Source: Moniliella sp. 'wahieum'
Taxonomy: Eukaryota
Length of the DNA: 64,000 nt
Direction of reading: 5' to 3'
Assembly (NCBI GenBank): GCA_003971905.1
Contig: RSEE01000032.1
Coordinates: 1-64,000 of the forward strand
The position numbers were made by a program, and so were the translations under genes. The notes below the pieces were generated by a model. That model was not told the origin of the DNA. It ran no database searches and was given only the letters and a program-made list of their open reading frames with translations. The number at the start of each line of letters is the position of its first letter. Within the stretch, counting starts at the first letter, position 1. Of this stretch, positions 53,008-64,000 are shown one piece after another.

Positions 53008-53131
53008 GTAACAATGGCATGATGCAATGCTGTGAGTGGGGAGGAATGATGAAAGGGGGGTAGGTACAATGTAAGAGTCAGAGGGCGTTTATCTCAAGAG
53101 TAAGTGGTGGTAGCTTGGTAGGCGGGTAAGG

Positions 53132-56012
53132 TCAACTTGAGTGTCGAGTGTTGAGCAGCTGAGTATGAGCCTCATACTTTCGGGTTGGATTCTTGGCTCG
53201 TACTTGTTCAGCTGGAAAAGAGCATCTTGCGAGATGGCGTCGACAGACCTCTTTTAATGGCATCCTCCGTCCACCTCTGGCCCGTAACTCGGTTGGATCC
53301 AGCGAACGAAGCTGAGATAACAGCTCCTGATCATCCGACAACTGCAAAGGGAGAGAAGGTCTGTCCTTTCTGGATTCGAGCACTCTTGCAAGGAAGAAGA
53401 AAGAGGGCAATGGGGGTCCTGGGAGCGGCGCGGACTTGTCCGGGAAAGGGAAGCGCGCCAGCATCTGTAGAGATGGTACGCGAGACGAGTTCACCGGCAT
53501 GGAACGCCGGCCCTCTGTTGTGGAGTAAGACAGCGTGGATGGCTTACTTGGTTTCGGACAAGGGCTGTTGAGGTGCGACGTTGAGAGAAGGGAACCGTCT
53601 GGCACTTTCCTGTAAGGAGAATTGACCCGGCTCTGAACTCGTACAACCTCCTTCTCCTTCTCCTGCTCCTTCTCCTGCTCCTCAAACAACTCGTCCTCAT
53701 CCAAGTCTTCTGCATCCCTTCGCACCTTGGCAGTGCGGGATCGGGGAAAAAGCCAGTAAGCTGCTGCTGAACCGAATCCGACGGCAGCGGGGCTGTATCC
53801 TTCTTCCCAAACACGAGGGGGCCATTGGTGCAGAAAAGATCACTCCCACCTGACGCAACCAATGCGCCATCTGGTCCACGAGTAAAATCGGAAACGAGGG
53901 ATACTGCGCGTTGCTTTCCAGTCGGTGTGGAGGTGAACGCGGGTTAGCGCCCGGGACAAGAATGCCAGCCTCTGGATGGGGTCGCGTATGGGGGTAGGCG
54001 AACCCGGGTCGGCCATCTGCACTTTAGATAAGGAGTAAAGATCATCGTCATCCCAGGAGAGGGGAACTGTTCAAGGAGTGCCTCGCTCTTCTCTTCCCTC
54101 TCATTTTCCTTCTCCTTCTCCCTCTCCTGCTCCGTCTCCTCCTCGGTATCTTCCATCTCCTCCTTGTGCCTCCCGCCTGTTCGGCCCCATGAGGAGAAAG
54201 GGTGTAAACACCGGTCTTACCCAACGACAGGGTGGTATGCAAACTGGTGCCAAACGAGGCGTGTCGCTGGTGGCGCAACTGGACCGTGGGAAGGAGGCAA
54301 AAAAGGACTGGGCTCCCTAAAGAGAGGTGTACCCGAAGAACCACCCTCACCACCCTGACCATCATCACCACCACCACAAGGCGAACGATCAGCTATCCGC
54401 TCCACCTCGTCCTGCTCGGGCTGGGTAGAGCTAATGACATCCGTTCCGAGCCCGCTTGGGTCCTCGATGTACCGTCCTGGGTTGAGCGGGGAGCCGGTGG
54501 TGGGAGCGTAGGTCAACCGCCGATGAGTAGGCGTGATGGGGTGTGTGACCGTAGGACCGTGTGGGCTGCGCGGAGAAGAAGTAGGAGAACGAGGTACGGT
54601 TGGTGCACGAACAGAGTTGCTTCGTGGTTCCTCGGGGAGGCGGACACTGGGCCTGGTTCCAAGGATCTTGTGTCCCAAGGGACTCAGATGCTTGTTCTTG
54701 CTAGGGCTGTGGAGGGAGAGGGATACTGAGCCCGAGATCGTTGAAGGAGCACGTGCAGGGCTGGCATCTACAGTTGAGAGTGGCACAGGTCGGGGCGGGT
54801 GGTAGGTGAGTCGTCGTGGGGGAAAGGAGGAGGAACGGACGAGGGTAGGGAAGCGGTGCCGACTCGGGAATCGTCTCATCTTCATCATGTCATCGGGAAC
54901 GGGGAGAGGGGCGTGAGCCGGGCGAGGCGAAGGTGGAGGTAACAGAGAGGAGTTAGGGGAACTGGGTGGACCCATCCGGGAGTCACCCGTAGGCGCTGTC
55001 ACTGGGGATGAGGCAACATGCGTGTCCTCCGCACCGGGAAGGTGCATTGGGATTAGGGCGAGGGGCAGGCCAAGCCTGATCCTGGAGGTAGTCCTGAGCC
55101 TTACCCTGGCTGACCCTGGCCTCGTCGACGAGGGTTGGAGGTAGGGATAGCGGCCAAGGCTGCTGCTCGTGGTCCAGGAGTGGTGGTGCATGCGCTTCAA
55201 TCCAATCCATCTCGGCTTGAATTTGGGAGGAAGTGATGACCAAACCATTCATCCTTCGGATCTCGTTCATTCTGACCGGGTTGGGCCCGGACGCATAGCA
55301 TGGGCATCTGATTCCTCTGCCCGCATGGCCGTGGTGGGGAGAGTATCGTGCAAAAAGGGTGTTTCGTCGCCAAACACTGGGTGCTGGGTGCGCAACATGG
55401 ACGCATGCTCTTCCAAAAGTAAAACGCATCGCTGCTGGTCGCTGGGTCGGTCTGGGTGGGCCGACGATGAGCCGAAGGACGCGTCCTCGTCCTGTGGCGA
55501 ACTGGGCGCATCCTGGACCCGAGGCGAGCCTCCCAACTCGCTTCCGTCCCATCGCTGTCCTCCTCCACACGAGGCGATCCGATCTGAGGCGCGATGCGTG
55601 ACAAGTTGACTGGCGAGGGGGTTTGGGGCCCAAGAGGAGGCGTCTCGGGGATTTCAATGGGCGACGGGGAGCGGGCGACGGGGGCAGAGCGGCGTGGTCG
55701 CTTCGGGGGCAAATCGGGGAAAGCTTGCGGGCGCGGTGGCGGGATGGTGGGTGGGTGGGGCTCGAGGGCAGATTCCGACAGTCGTCGTTTGCGCAGCTTG
55801 CGCGGACGGGCGAATGCGCCCGAGGCACCGAGAAGGGCGGGTGAGAGGAAGATGCGGTCGAGGTGGAGGCTGAGGTTGAGGCTGAGGTTGAGGCCGGGAG
55901 GGCGGACGTGGAGTGTTGGGAGGAAGGCACGCGCGGGGGCTCGAAGAACGCGGATGAGGGTCTGGTCCGGTCCGGGAGTGTGGGCGGAGCGGATGCTCTT
56001 GCGCCGACCCAT
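53132..56012 (-). CDS. Hypothetical Pro/Ser-rich protein (frameshifted chain of ORFs)
   Basis: Consecutive long minus-strand ORFs with protein-like segments (EIRRMNGLVITSSQIQAEMDWIEAH; IRDPIQRLAFLSRAL; acidic EEQEKE tracts); divergent from RPL2. No family recognised. Confidence 0.55.
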
Positions 56013-56566
56013 GGCGAGCTGCGCGTCTCGCGCCGCACTGGGGATGGAGGTGAGGGCGGCACGCGGCGCAACGACGAGTGCCGCAGAGTACCTGCACTGC
56101 CGTGCAATCTAAATCCCACCCACCGCCCGCACGCGTCACGTGCCCCCCACGTGCGGAATCACGTGATACACAATCCTGCCGATGAGCTAAGCGGCCTCCC
56201 AGATTATTCGCGCCGCTCGGCACTAGGGTTGCATGGGCGAAATGCACCGCAGCAGCACGGCACCCCCCCGTGCCCGCTCACCCTCAGCTATGCAGGCACA
56301 GGGGCAGCCCGTGGTCTTAACCCTAGTCCGCCGCCGCTGCTTCTCGCTAGCCACGAGCCGCCTGGCCCGCCCTAGAGCAACAAACGCAGCCAGCCAGCTC
56401 CTCCTCCTCACCCCCTCTACCCCCCCCCACACACACCAATTCAGTGAGTACGCGCACGGCCGGGCTCGTCGGGTTGCTCGCCTGCCCACCCGATTGGCAC
56501 TGCCTGCACCCCATCCCCCATTCCTCCTCCTGACGCACCCCCACTAACACTTTCCTTCAGGGTACC

Positions 56567-57325
56567 ATGGGTCGTGTTATTCGCTCCCAGCGTAAGTCGG
56601 GCGGGATCTTCAAGTCCCACTCGTCCCACCGCACTGCGCCTGCCAAGCTGCGTACGGTCGACTTTGCCGAGCGCAACGGCTACATCCGCGGTGTCGTCCG
56701 TGAGATTGTCCACGACGCTGGCCGTGGCGCGCCGCTGGCCAAGGTGACCTTCCGGGACCCGTACCGCTACAAGCTGCGCACTGAGCACTTTATTGCCACC
56801 GAGGGCATGTCGACTGGCCAGTTTGTCTACTGTGGCAAGCGTGCCGCGCTTTCCGTGGGCAATGTGCTGCCCCTCTCGGCGCTGCCGGAAGGTACGATTG
56901 TGTGCAACGTGGAGGAGAAGGCTGGGGACCGCGGTACGCTTGCTCGTGCTTCGGGCAACTACGCCACCCTGATTGGCCACGATGCCGATGGCAAGACCTC
57001 GCGCATCCGTCTTCCCTCGGGCGCCAAGAAGATTGTGTCGTCGGCGTCGCGTGCGACGGTGGGCATTGTTGCTGGTGGTGGCCGGATTGACAAGCCGCTG
57101 CTCAAGGCTGGCCGTGCGTTCCACAAGTACCGTCAGCGTCAATCGTGGCCCCGTACTCGTGGTGTGGCTATGAACCCCGTCGACCACCCGCACGGTGGTG
57201 GTAACCACCAGCACATTGGTCACGCCTCGACCATCTCGCGCTGGGCTCCTGCCGGTCAGAAGGCTGGTCTCATTGCTGCCCGCCGCACGGGTCTCATCCG
57301 CGGTACTCTCAAGAAGGGCGACTAA
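56567..57325 (+). CDS. RPL2: 60S ribosomal protein uL2 (L2/L8)
   Basis: [10 protein letters not shown]..; [42 protein letters not shown]. Confidence 0.99.
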   Translation: MGRVIRSQRKSGGIFKSHSSHRTAPAKLRTVDFAERNGYIRGVVREIVHDAGRGAPLAKVTFRDPYRYKLRTEHFIATEGMSTGQFVYCGKRAALSVGNVLPLSALPEGTIVCNVEEKAGDRGTLARASGNYATLIGHDADGKTSRIRLPSGAKKIVSSASRATVGIVAGGGRIDKPLLKAGRAFHKYRQRQSWPRTRGVAMNPVDHPHGGGNHQHIGHASTISRWAPAGQKAGLIAARRTGLIRGTLKKGD

Positions 57326-57593
57326 ACGTATTAAGTCTCCTTCTTTCTGCCGTTTGATGGTTCCCCTTATGCACATGCCCCCGCAGCTTGCCTGTCTCTA
57401 TGCTGTAAAACGTCCATTGCCCTCTTACGGGGCATGAATGGATTCCCTGTCCTTCCAGGACGCTCCTCATCTACCTCGTCGTGCCTTAGCTATCATATAG
57501 TAGGACGTTGAACATTGGATTCTTGATGGAACAGAATCCAAACCAGCGGCACACATCAAGTTTGCACGACCAGAAGAATCCTGGCTACGGCAC

Positions 57594-57654
57594 CCATGCA
57601 TCATGCATCGTGCATCATGCATCATGCATCATGCATCATGCATCATGCCCATGC
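57594..57654. repeat. (CATGCAT)n 7-bp-period quasi-palindromic array, ~7-8 units
   Basis: Read directly; lies between the convergent 3' ends of RPL2 and TOM5. Confidence 0.95.
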
Positions 57655-57804
57655 GGTAAGACGAGGGGGTGCTACGTGGGATGCTATGCTCCGATCGAAA
57701 GGGTCTGGAGGCGACTATGCACGTGCAGTAGAGCTCTCACTGAGAGGCAAGCGCCAAGGGCTGCCAAGAGACGGGGCGAGTAGTGCATTGGGTTGCGAAA
57801 GGCA

Positions 57805-58024
57805 CTAGTGCTTGGTCAAGTGGCCAGCAATGATGGGCACTGGGGAAAAGGCACAGAGTTAGCAGGAGGCGAAGCAGGAGGCGGCGGGACGAACGAGGCG
57901 GCAGGCACGTACACGTAAAGAGCACCGCAGCCGTGATGATGAATCCGTGGATGTTGCTGCGGACCTGAGCGCGGGCAGCGGCCTGCTCGGCCGGGGAGGG
58001 CTTCGGGGGAGGTCCACCAAACAT
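57805..58024 (-). CDS. TOM5: Mitochondrial outer membrane translocase small subunit Tom5 (48 aa, intron 57840-57912)
   Basis: Spliced MFGGPPPKPSPAEQAAARAQVRSNIHGFIITAAVLFTLPIIAGHLTKH-stop; MFG-Pro-rich start and Pro-containing C-terminal TM are typical of fungal Tom5; GTACGT/CTAAC/CAG intron. Confidence 0.88.
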
Positions 58025-58360
58025 TGTGCAGAGTGCAAACAGGGACTGGTAGAGGAAAGGAGGAGCGAAGAAAAGGCAGCGGCGGAAGAAGCCAGCGGGC
58101 GGACGGAGGGATGGATGGACTTTTGGCCTCCGCCACCCACCGCTCGTCTGCCTGGCCGCCTTCAGCTTCCGGCAGGATCCAAGAAAGACGCAAGAGCCCC
58201 CCGCGCCCAGCAACCGCTCACGCGGGCGGAACTGGAACGCGAGCCTTCCCATTCCGCCCAGCTGACAAAACGGCGGGCTGAGACTGGCGCCGTGCTGGCC
58301 CGACGGGGAACGGCCAATCCCCGACCCCCATCGTTTCTTCTCTCCCCGTCCACCACCGCG

Positions 58361-58896
58361 ATGCTGTCCATTGCTGCCCGTTCGCTGCTTCGTGTGCCGC
58401 TCCTCCGTGCCGCTTCGGCGCCCGCCGCCGTGCGCATGATGCAGCCGGTTGTGGCGATGCGCATGTACAGCTCGTCAACGTTGTCGAAGGAGGACATCTC
58501 GTCGCGCATCCTCGACGTGCTCAAGAGCTTTGACAAGGTTACCCCCGACCAGCTCAACACCTCGGCCACCTTTACCGAGTTGGGCTTCGACAGCCTGGAC
58601 AGCGTCGAGGTTCTCATGGCCATTGAGGAGGAGTTCAACATTGTACGTTTAATTCAGTTGTCTTGCACATTTCCCGCATCACCTTCCGTGCTCCTTCTTC
58701 CTCACCATGTGTTCCTCTGCTCTGGCCGCCTACTAACCTGTACCACGCGCTAGGAAATTCCCGATGCCGAGGCGGACGAGATCGTGACGGTGCCGCAAGC
58801 AATTGAGTACATTTCCAAGACTCCTGAGGGTATGTGCATTTTTCTTGTCACTGCCTCGGGGACCTGCACTGACCCTGAGCCTACACAGCGAGCTAA
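58361..58896 (+). CDS. ACP1: Mitochondrial acyl carrier protein (introns 58643-58753, 58830-58888)
   Basis: Arg/Ala-rich presequence; ELGFDSLDSVEVLMAIEEEFNI|EIPDAEADEI..QAIEYISKTPE; canonical splice signals. Confidence 0.97.
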
Positions 58897-61528
58897 GTCT
58901 AAACCGTCATGGCACGCAAAGATGGGGAATCATTGTTGCCCTACCAATTCCTGTCTTGGAAAGCCGTAGAGCGTGAAGCCAGCAAGCCGGAAGGATGGGC
59001 CCACGAGGATCAATAATCAACCAACAAGAAAGGGAGAACGGGTACCCGAAGGCAGTTTGGCGTTAGGCATCGGGGCTAAAGCAGAGCAGACGGGGTAAGG
59101 CACTAACGCTGCCCCCGCCTAGCCCCCCACACATACACCCTCACCAAATGGCTAGAAGCGACAGACCCATGGCCAGCACCAAGGCAGGTCAGGCTACCGG
59201 GGTGGCTGCACTGTCCTTGGCGCAGCTTCTACTTCGCGATCAGGAAGGACCAGGGCAGTCAGGTGATAATCGATGAGAGAAGAGGGTATATATGCACATG
59301 GAATGTAAGTAAAAGGTCAAACAGACCGAACGGGACCGTCGGGGCCTCGGTCATCTGTCATCCAGGCTGTCGCCCGGTCACGGTGGCCATTGACCCATTG
59401 GATCCTATACGTTGAGCCTGGTAGGAAGCTCCTTTGAATCATCAATTAAGTTCCACCTCACAGTCATGGCTACCTTTCCGATCCGAAAATCATACATGTT
59501 TTGACATTTGGGCACCACTACCCAGAAAGAAGGACAGTAAAAAAAATGGGCGGGCAAGGGCTGAGGAACAAGGGTTCCCTTACTTTTCGTTGAACTCAAC
59601 CGTGAAAAAACGTTTTGCCACACTGGGAACGGCATGGGCGGAAGGTGTGCCAGTCTGAGCAGGCTCTGTCAAGCGAATCCCTCCAACAAGGTAAAGGTGA
59701 GTGTAGAACAAACGCTGGTGAGTTGTAGATGAGCTTCGGGAAGGAGTGGTGTGCAAAAAAGCACCTTGAAAAGAATCAAAATGAGAGTGAGGGTCACGGC
59801 GGAGGTCCACTGAGAGGCCAGGGCCATCTTGAGATTTCCACGGACGGTGAAAAAAGATTCGTCTCGGCAAGCGCAGTCGACCTACAAGGTGAGGCCTAAT
59901 TCCAACGGCCGTCGGAACCCTCCTACCACACAAAATTTGTACAATCCACTACTTGGCGCTCAGTCGCTCATCCTCACATGTCACAGCTCACATGAGCCAC
60001 TTGACCAATGTTAACTTTTGGGAGGCTTCCTGGTGCCCGCTACATATATGGTCACTACACTGACCTCAAACCATGTCCACCCAACGGTGGACCCTCCAAG
60101 GCCTCTGCCTCTGGCTTTTGGGCTCCGACCTCATCCGTGGGTAGTGTTTATACCTGGAGTCTTGCTTGAGGTGGTACTAGTACCCCCACGGCCTTGACTC
60201 TGGCTGGCAATGGGCGGGGTTTCCGGCAGAGTCTCGCTGAGCTCACTTCTATACCAGAAGAGGCCAGAAGCCAGAAAAAGAGTAGGCTAAACGCGTTTCG
60301 GTATAGACTTTGTCGTGGTTAAAGGGCCAGAACAACCAAACAAAAAGGCAGTGCGAAATCGCAGGCGTCGTAGGCAACGAGGGATGTGCGGACGGGGACA
60401 CCCTATCCGTAGTTTTGAATGCCACTGGCAGGGGCGATGCGGGAAATGGGTGCGAGTGGTCCGGATGGAGACTACGTATGGGCCGAAAAGGAGGGGACGA
60501 AGGGTATCAACCAGTGGAGCAGGGAAAAAAAGGGAGGCGGGGAAGAGGTGGCAAGGGAGGGGAGGGTTCATTGACACAAACAGTTAGTTAACCGTCTTAA
60601 CAGGGTAGAAGCCATCCCCTCCACCGCCGTCAAGTTTAGGCAAGGGGGTCGAGCGGGATGAGGCTCACAACCGCTCACGTCCCAGGAACAGTCCTATTAT
60701 GAATATCTGGTTACTGAGCACGATGAGGAGCCTGAATTCTGCGAAAAGGTCGCATTCGAGGACGGTGGACAGAAATACAAGGTAAGTTGGGACCATCCAA
60801 GAGTCTCTAGGCCCAACGTTCCTGCGTCGGAAAGTGATATAATCATCGCACCTTGGGGTTCCCTAAAAGAATCAACCTCATGTATATAGGTTGTTGTCCG
60901 TCGGCGTGGCGGGGTTAGGGTGGTGCCAGAGGGGGTACCATTCCACGGCCTATGTGGACAGGGTGAGGCCGTGGTGATGTTTGCGCCGGCCGTGCCGAAG
61001 GCGAAGGTGAATGGGTCGATCATTTATCCATGTTGGTGCTCTTACCTACGGCCGTCTTTGCGTCATCAGGTGGGGATATTGATACTTGAACGTTGATAGC
61101 GCCTGGATGGTAAGACCCTCTTAGAAAGCAGTTCCTTGAGCCACCCTGTATGGCTAGTGTGTTTGACCGAGGTCACTTCAGTGTCCCTTCTCAGGCATAG
61201 TAGGAGTTCGTTTTGTTTTCTCACTTCTGTTTGCCTTGTTCTGCAGCATATAGCCCCTGGTGGGGAAACTGGCTGTTGGATGTCCCTCTGTAAGTGTTGT
61301 TGCTTTGGCTGAAACCGCCAACCGCCACAACCAGTGAGATTGCAACATCCTCGAGGACCACCAGGACTCCAGAGCTCATCAGGACTTACTCATATTACCT
61401 CAATTCCCGACTATATGATCCCAATCGAGGAGATGATACCGAGGCGAACAGGTTTTGATTACGCATCACGAGTTACAGTGGCAGAGACGATGAAAAGCAC
61501 AGAAAGAAATACACGTTGCCATAGAGAG

Positions 61529-63096
61529 TCAAGGTGTCAAGACATCCCCAGGGTGGAAATAAGACCAGGCCGAAGCAGCCAGATCCCAACAGACAACCAC
61601 AATATAGAACTCGTCGTCATCTCCGACACGAGGACGACAGAGCCGAATGGTAACGTACACCGCATGCGGAGCAACATTCACTGACATGAGTCGTGGTGAC
61701 TGTCCCTGAAGAGGGTCTGCTGCCGCACACGAGAATAGATCGGCGACTCTCTCTGCAGTTGCGGTAGTGGGAGGAGAAGAGAGCAAGACGGGATGTATCG
61801 CGTCGAAGCAGCGAAGCGTTAGTCCAGGAGGCGCGATACCTTCCTCGTCCTGGATCACCGTCGCTTCTCTCTCTTGCCAGTCTAAAAGGTAAAGGTGCCG
61901 ACCCCGTCCACACAGTGCTTGTCCACTCCCCATATCGGCTCGGATCGTGTTGACCTCGTCTGCCTCGGACGGGAGCCAAATGAAATGACCCTCAGGTCCT
62001 TTGCCCCAGTCGTGCACGAACAGTAGCCCTTCTTCATAAACCATGCCACCGCGCCCGTTGTGGGATCAATCAGGCACACTCCGTCAGTGAACTTGACCAA
62101 TTGGGCTGTACGGTGTTATGGACCAAGCGGAGGAAAGGACCCCAGATTGCTGGGCATCCCACGCTGAACAGGAAGTTTCGGCAACCACGAATGGGAAGAA
62201 TTGAAGGTCCAGAGGTACTTCCTTTTGACCAAATCCCAGGCAAAGAACTCTCTGCCTTGGTGGTGGTGGTATGCCCGGTCCTTTGTATAAGCCTGAGGTA
62301 TAAGATCGGAAAACGGAAAAGCATCTTGCTCGAAATATTCTTCACTAGACCCCGCCCCCTCCCTCCAGCCCCAGGTTCCATTGGCTGCGGTTGGTGTCTG
62401 TGGAGAAGTGGGGAGTAGCGAACCGCTTGCCTCGTCAAAGTGGAAGTGGAGAGTAGATGATGGTTTGATCAGCCTAGATCGATCGGTATCGAACGCCACC
62501 TCCGTCCCATGGATCAGTGGGGGGGCGGCCAGCTCATCAGCATATTCTTCTACATCTTCAAGATCGTTGAATCCGCTGGCACCCTTGACGCAGTCCATAA
62601 CCACCTCACCTGTACGAAGAGAGACGGTGCGGTAGCCCGCCGCGTTGAGCAGCAGCATCACACCGAACGAGGGAAGGATGGTAGGAGTCGGGGTGTTTTC
62701 GATTTCCCATGGAACAAGCTGGACCACGCATACATATCGTGCCATCGTTACGGGCCGCTTGGGGTGCCCGTGTGAGCCGGGGGTAGCAATCAGGGTGCGG
62801 CCCACCTGCTGCGCCATCCCTTCTTGCATGAGCACGACGTCGCGCCAAGTCTTGACCTTCTTCCATGCGGCTGAGCTGATACGGTCGGCCTTGATGTGTG
62901 TGGCGCGGGCAGGACCGAATAGCTGCCCGGGCTCGGTAAGCTGGAGCGAGCGTGCCAGGCGCCGCCACAACCACTCGTGCCGGACGACGGCACGCATATG
63001 CTTGCTCAGCGACTCGAGGCGGACGAGCTCTGGAATGGTGAGCACGCGGCAGGACAAGATGTCCCACCATACGTGCTCGGGCAGGTGGACGGACAT
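61529..63096 (-). CDS. F-box domain protein (3' end uncertain)
   Basis: N-terminal HLPEHVWWDILSCRVLTIPELVRLESLSKHMRAVVRHEWLWRRL fits the F-box pattern; reading continues by frameshift into 61529-62100. Confidence 0.75.
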
Positions 63097-63577
63097 GGTG
63101 GATGGGGCGGGTTGGCGGGTGTTGGGTGGGTGAGGGTGGGAGTCCGGGAGCAGGCGCTGGCCGCATAAGGCCCAAGGCCTAAGGCAGGACTACTAATGAC
63201 TCGTGCTTGACTCACTCGGTCCAGACGAGAGTTCGAGGACATAAATAGTGCCTCCATGTCACGTGCGAGCGGGGCCCGGTGCAGTGACGGGTGACGGGTG
63301 ACGAGTGACGCTCGCCTCGAAACGTTTCATGTGGCCGCGGTGCTGCCCGCCATTCCGCCCCGGCGCAAGCACACTGCCCCTGCGCGCGCTCTGCGTTCCG
63401 CCCGAGTTCGATGGGCGGCGGTGCGGCCGGCGGGCGTTCGTTTGGATTTGCGGCCGTGCATGCCCGCTGGCCCCCGCCCGCCCCTCTGCCCTCCCCCCGT
63501 TCGCCTTCCTCCTACCGCCTCGGCTCACCCCCCCCACCTGTCCCTCTGCCTCTCCGCCGTCGCTGCTGCTGTCCGCC

Positions 63578-64000
63578 ATGTCCGACCCCGCCTCAGCGAC
63601 GCCGAGCTCTTCCAGCTCAACGCCTCCGCTGCCGTGCGCAACTTCAACGTCGAGCCCCGTGTCGACTACCGCACGATCAGTGCCATCAACGGGCCCCTGG
63701 TTGTGCTCGAGAATGTAAAGTTCCCCAGCTACTACGAGATTGTCAGCCTTACGCTCCCCGACGGCTCCAAGCGCGGCGGTCAGGTCCTCGAGGTCGCCGG
63801 CAACAAGGCCGTGGTGCAAGTGTTTGAGGGTACCAGCGGCATTGATGTGGCCCGCTCCCCACATTGAGTTTACCGGGGCCAGCATGAAGCTGCCCGTGTC
63901 GGAGGACATGCTGGGCCGTATCTTTAATGGTTCGGGTAACCCTGTCGACAATGGTCCCAAGGTGTTTGCCGAGACTATTTGGACATCAACGGCTCCCCCA
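63578..64000 (+). CDS. VMA2: V-type ATPase V1 subunit B (partial, 5' end)
   Basis: [81 protein letters not shown]. Confidence 0.98.

Noticed and set aside
61320..61395. Hammerhead ribozyme core (CTGATGA on the minus strand at 61376-61382)
   Set aside because: No stem II closed by GAAA and no stem III/UH cleavage site could be built.

Overview
GC-rich, intron-containing fungal genomic DNA. The gene set and compact introns suggest a basidiomycete, possibly smut-related; this is inference. About 19 protein-coding genes can be supported: PEX1, ABC1/ADCK kinase, GT15 mannosyltransferase, ERp38-type PDI, SYLF/Ysc84 protein, NDUFA4-like, VAP/SCS2, possible TCO89-like, secreted double-DPBB protein, SSD1, NIC96, FSH1 hydrolase, a hypothetical protein, RPL2, TOM5, mitochondrial ACP, an F-box protein and VMA2. 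There are also two intron-containing tRNAs (Ser-UGA, Leu-AAG). Most genes carry 1-bp frameshifts, most likely uncorrected long-read consensus errors, so CDS coordinates are outer spans. Accessory DNA consists of a scrambled Ty1/copia relic (~18-19.9 kb) and a ~13 kb island with no intact host protein gene (~26-39 kb). The island holds LTR-like termini, a 33-bp degenerate repeat, an AT-richer decayed gene and a 5'-truncated CRE-clade (RT plus restriction-like endonuclease) retrotransposon next to a TTAGGG/poly-G tract. The most unusual unexplained signal is a recurring family of intergenic 7-bp-period repeats of the form T(G/C)A plus a variable 4-bp palindrome (AGCT, GTAC, TGCA, CTAG, ACGT, TCGA, GGCC).
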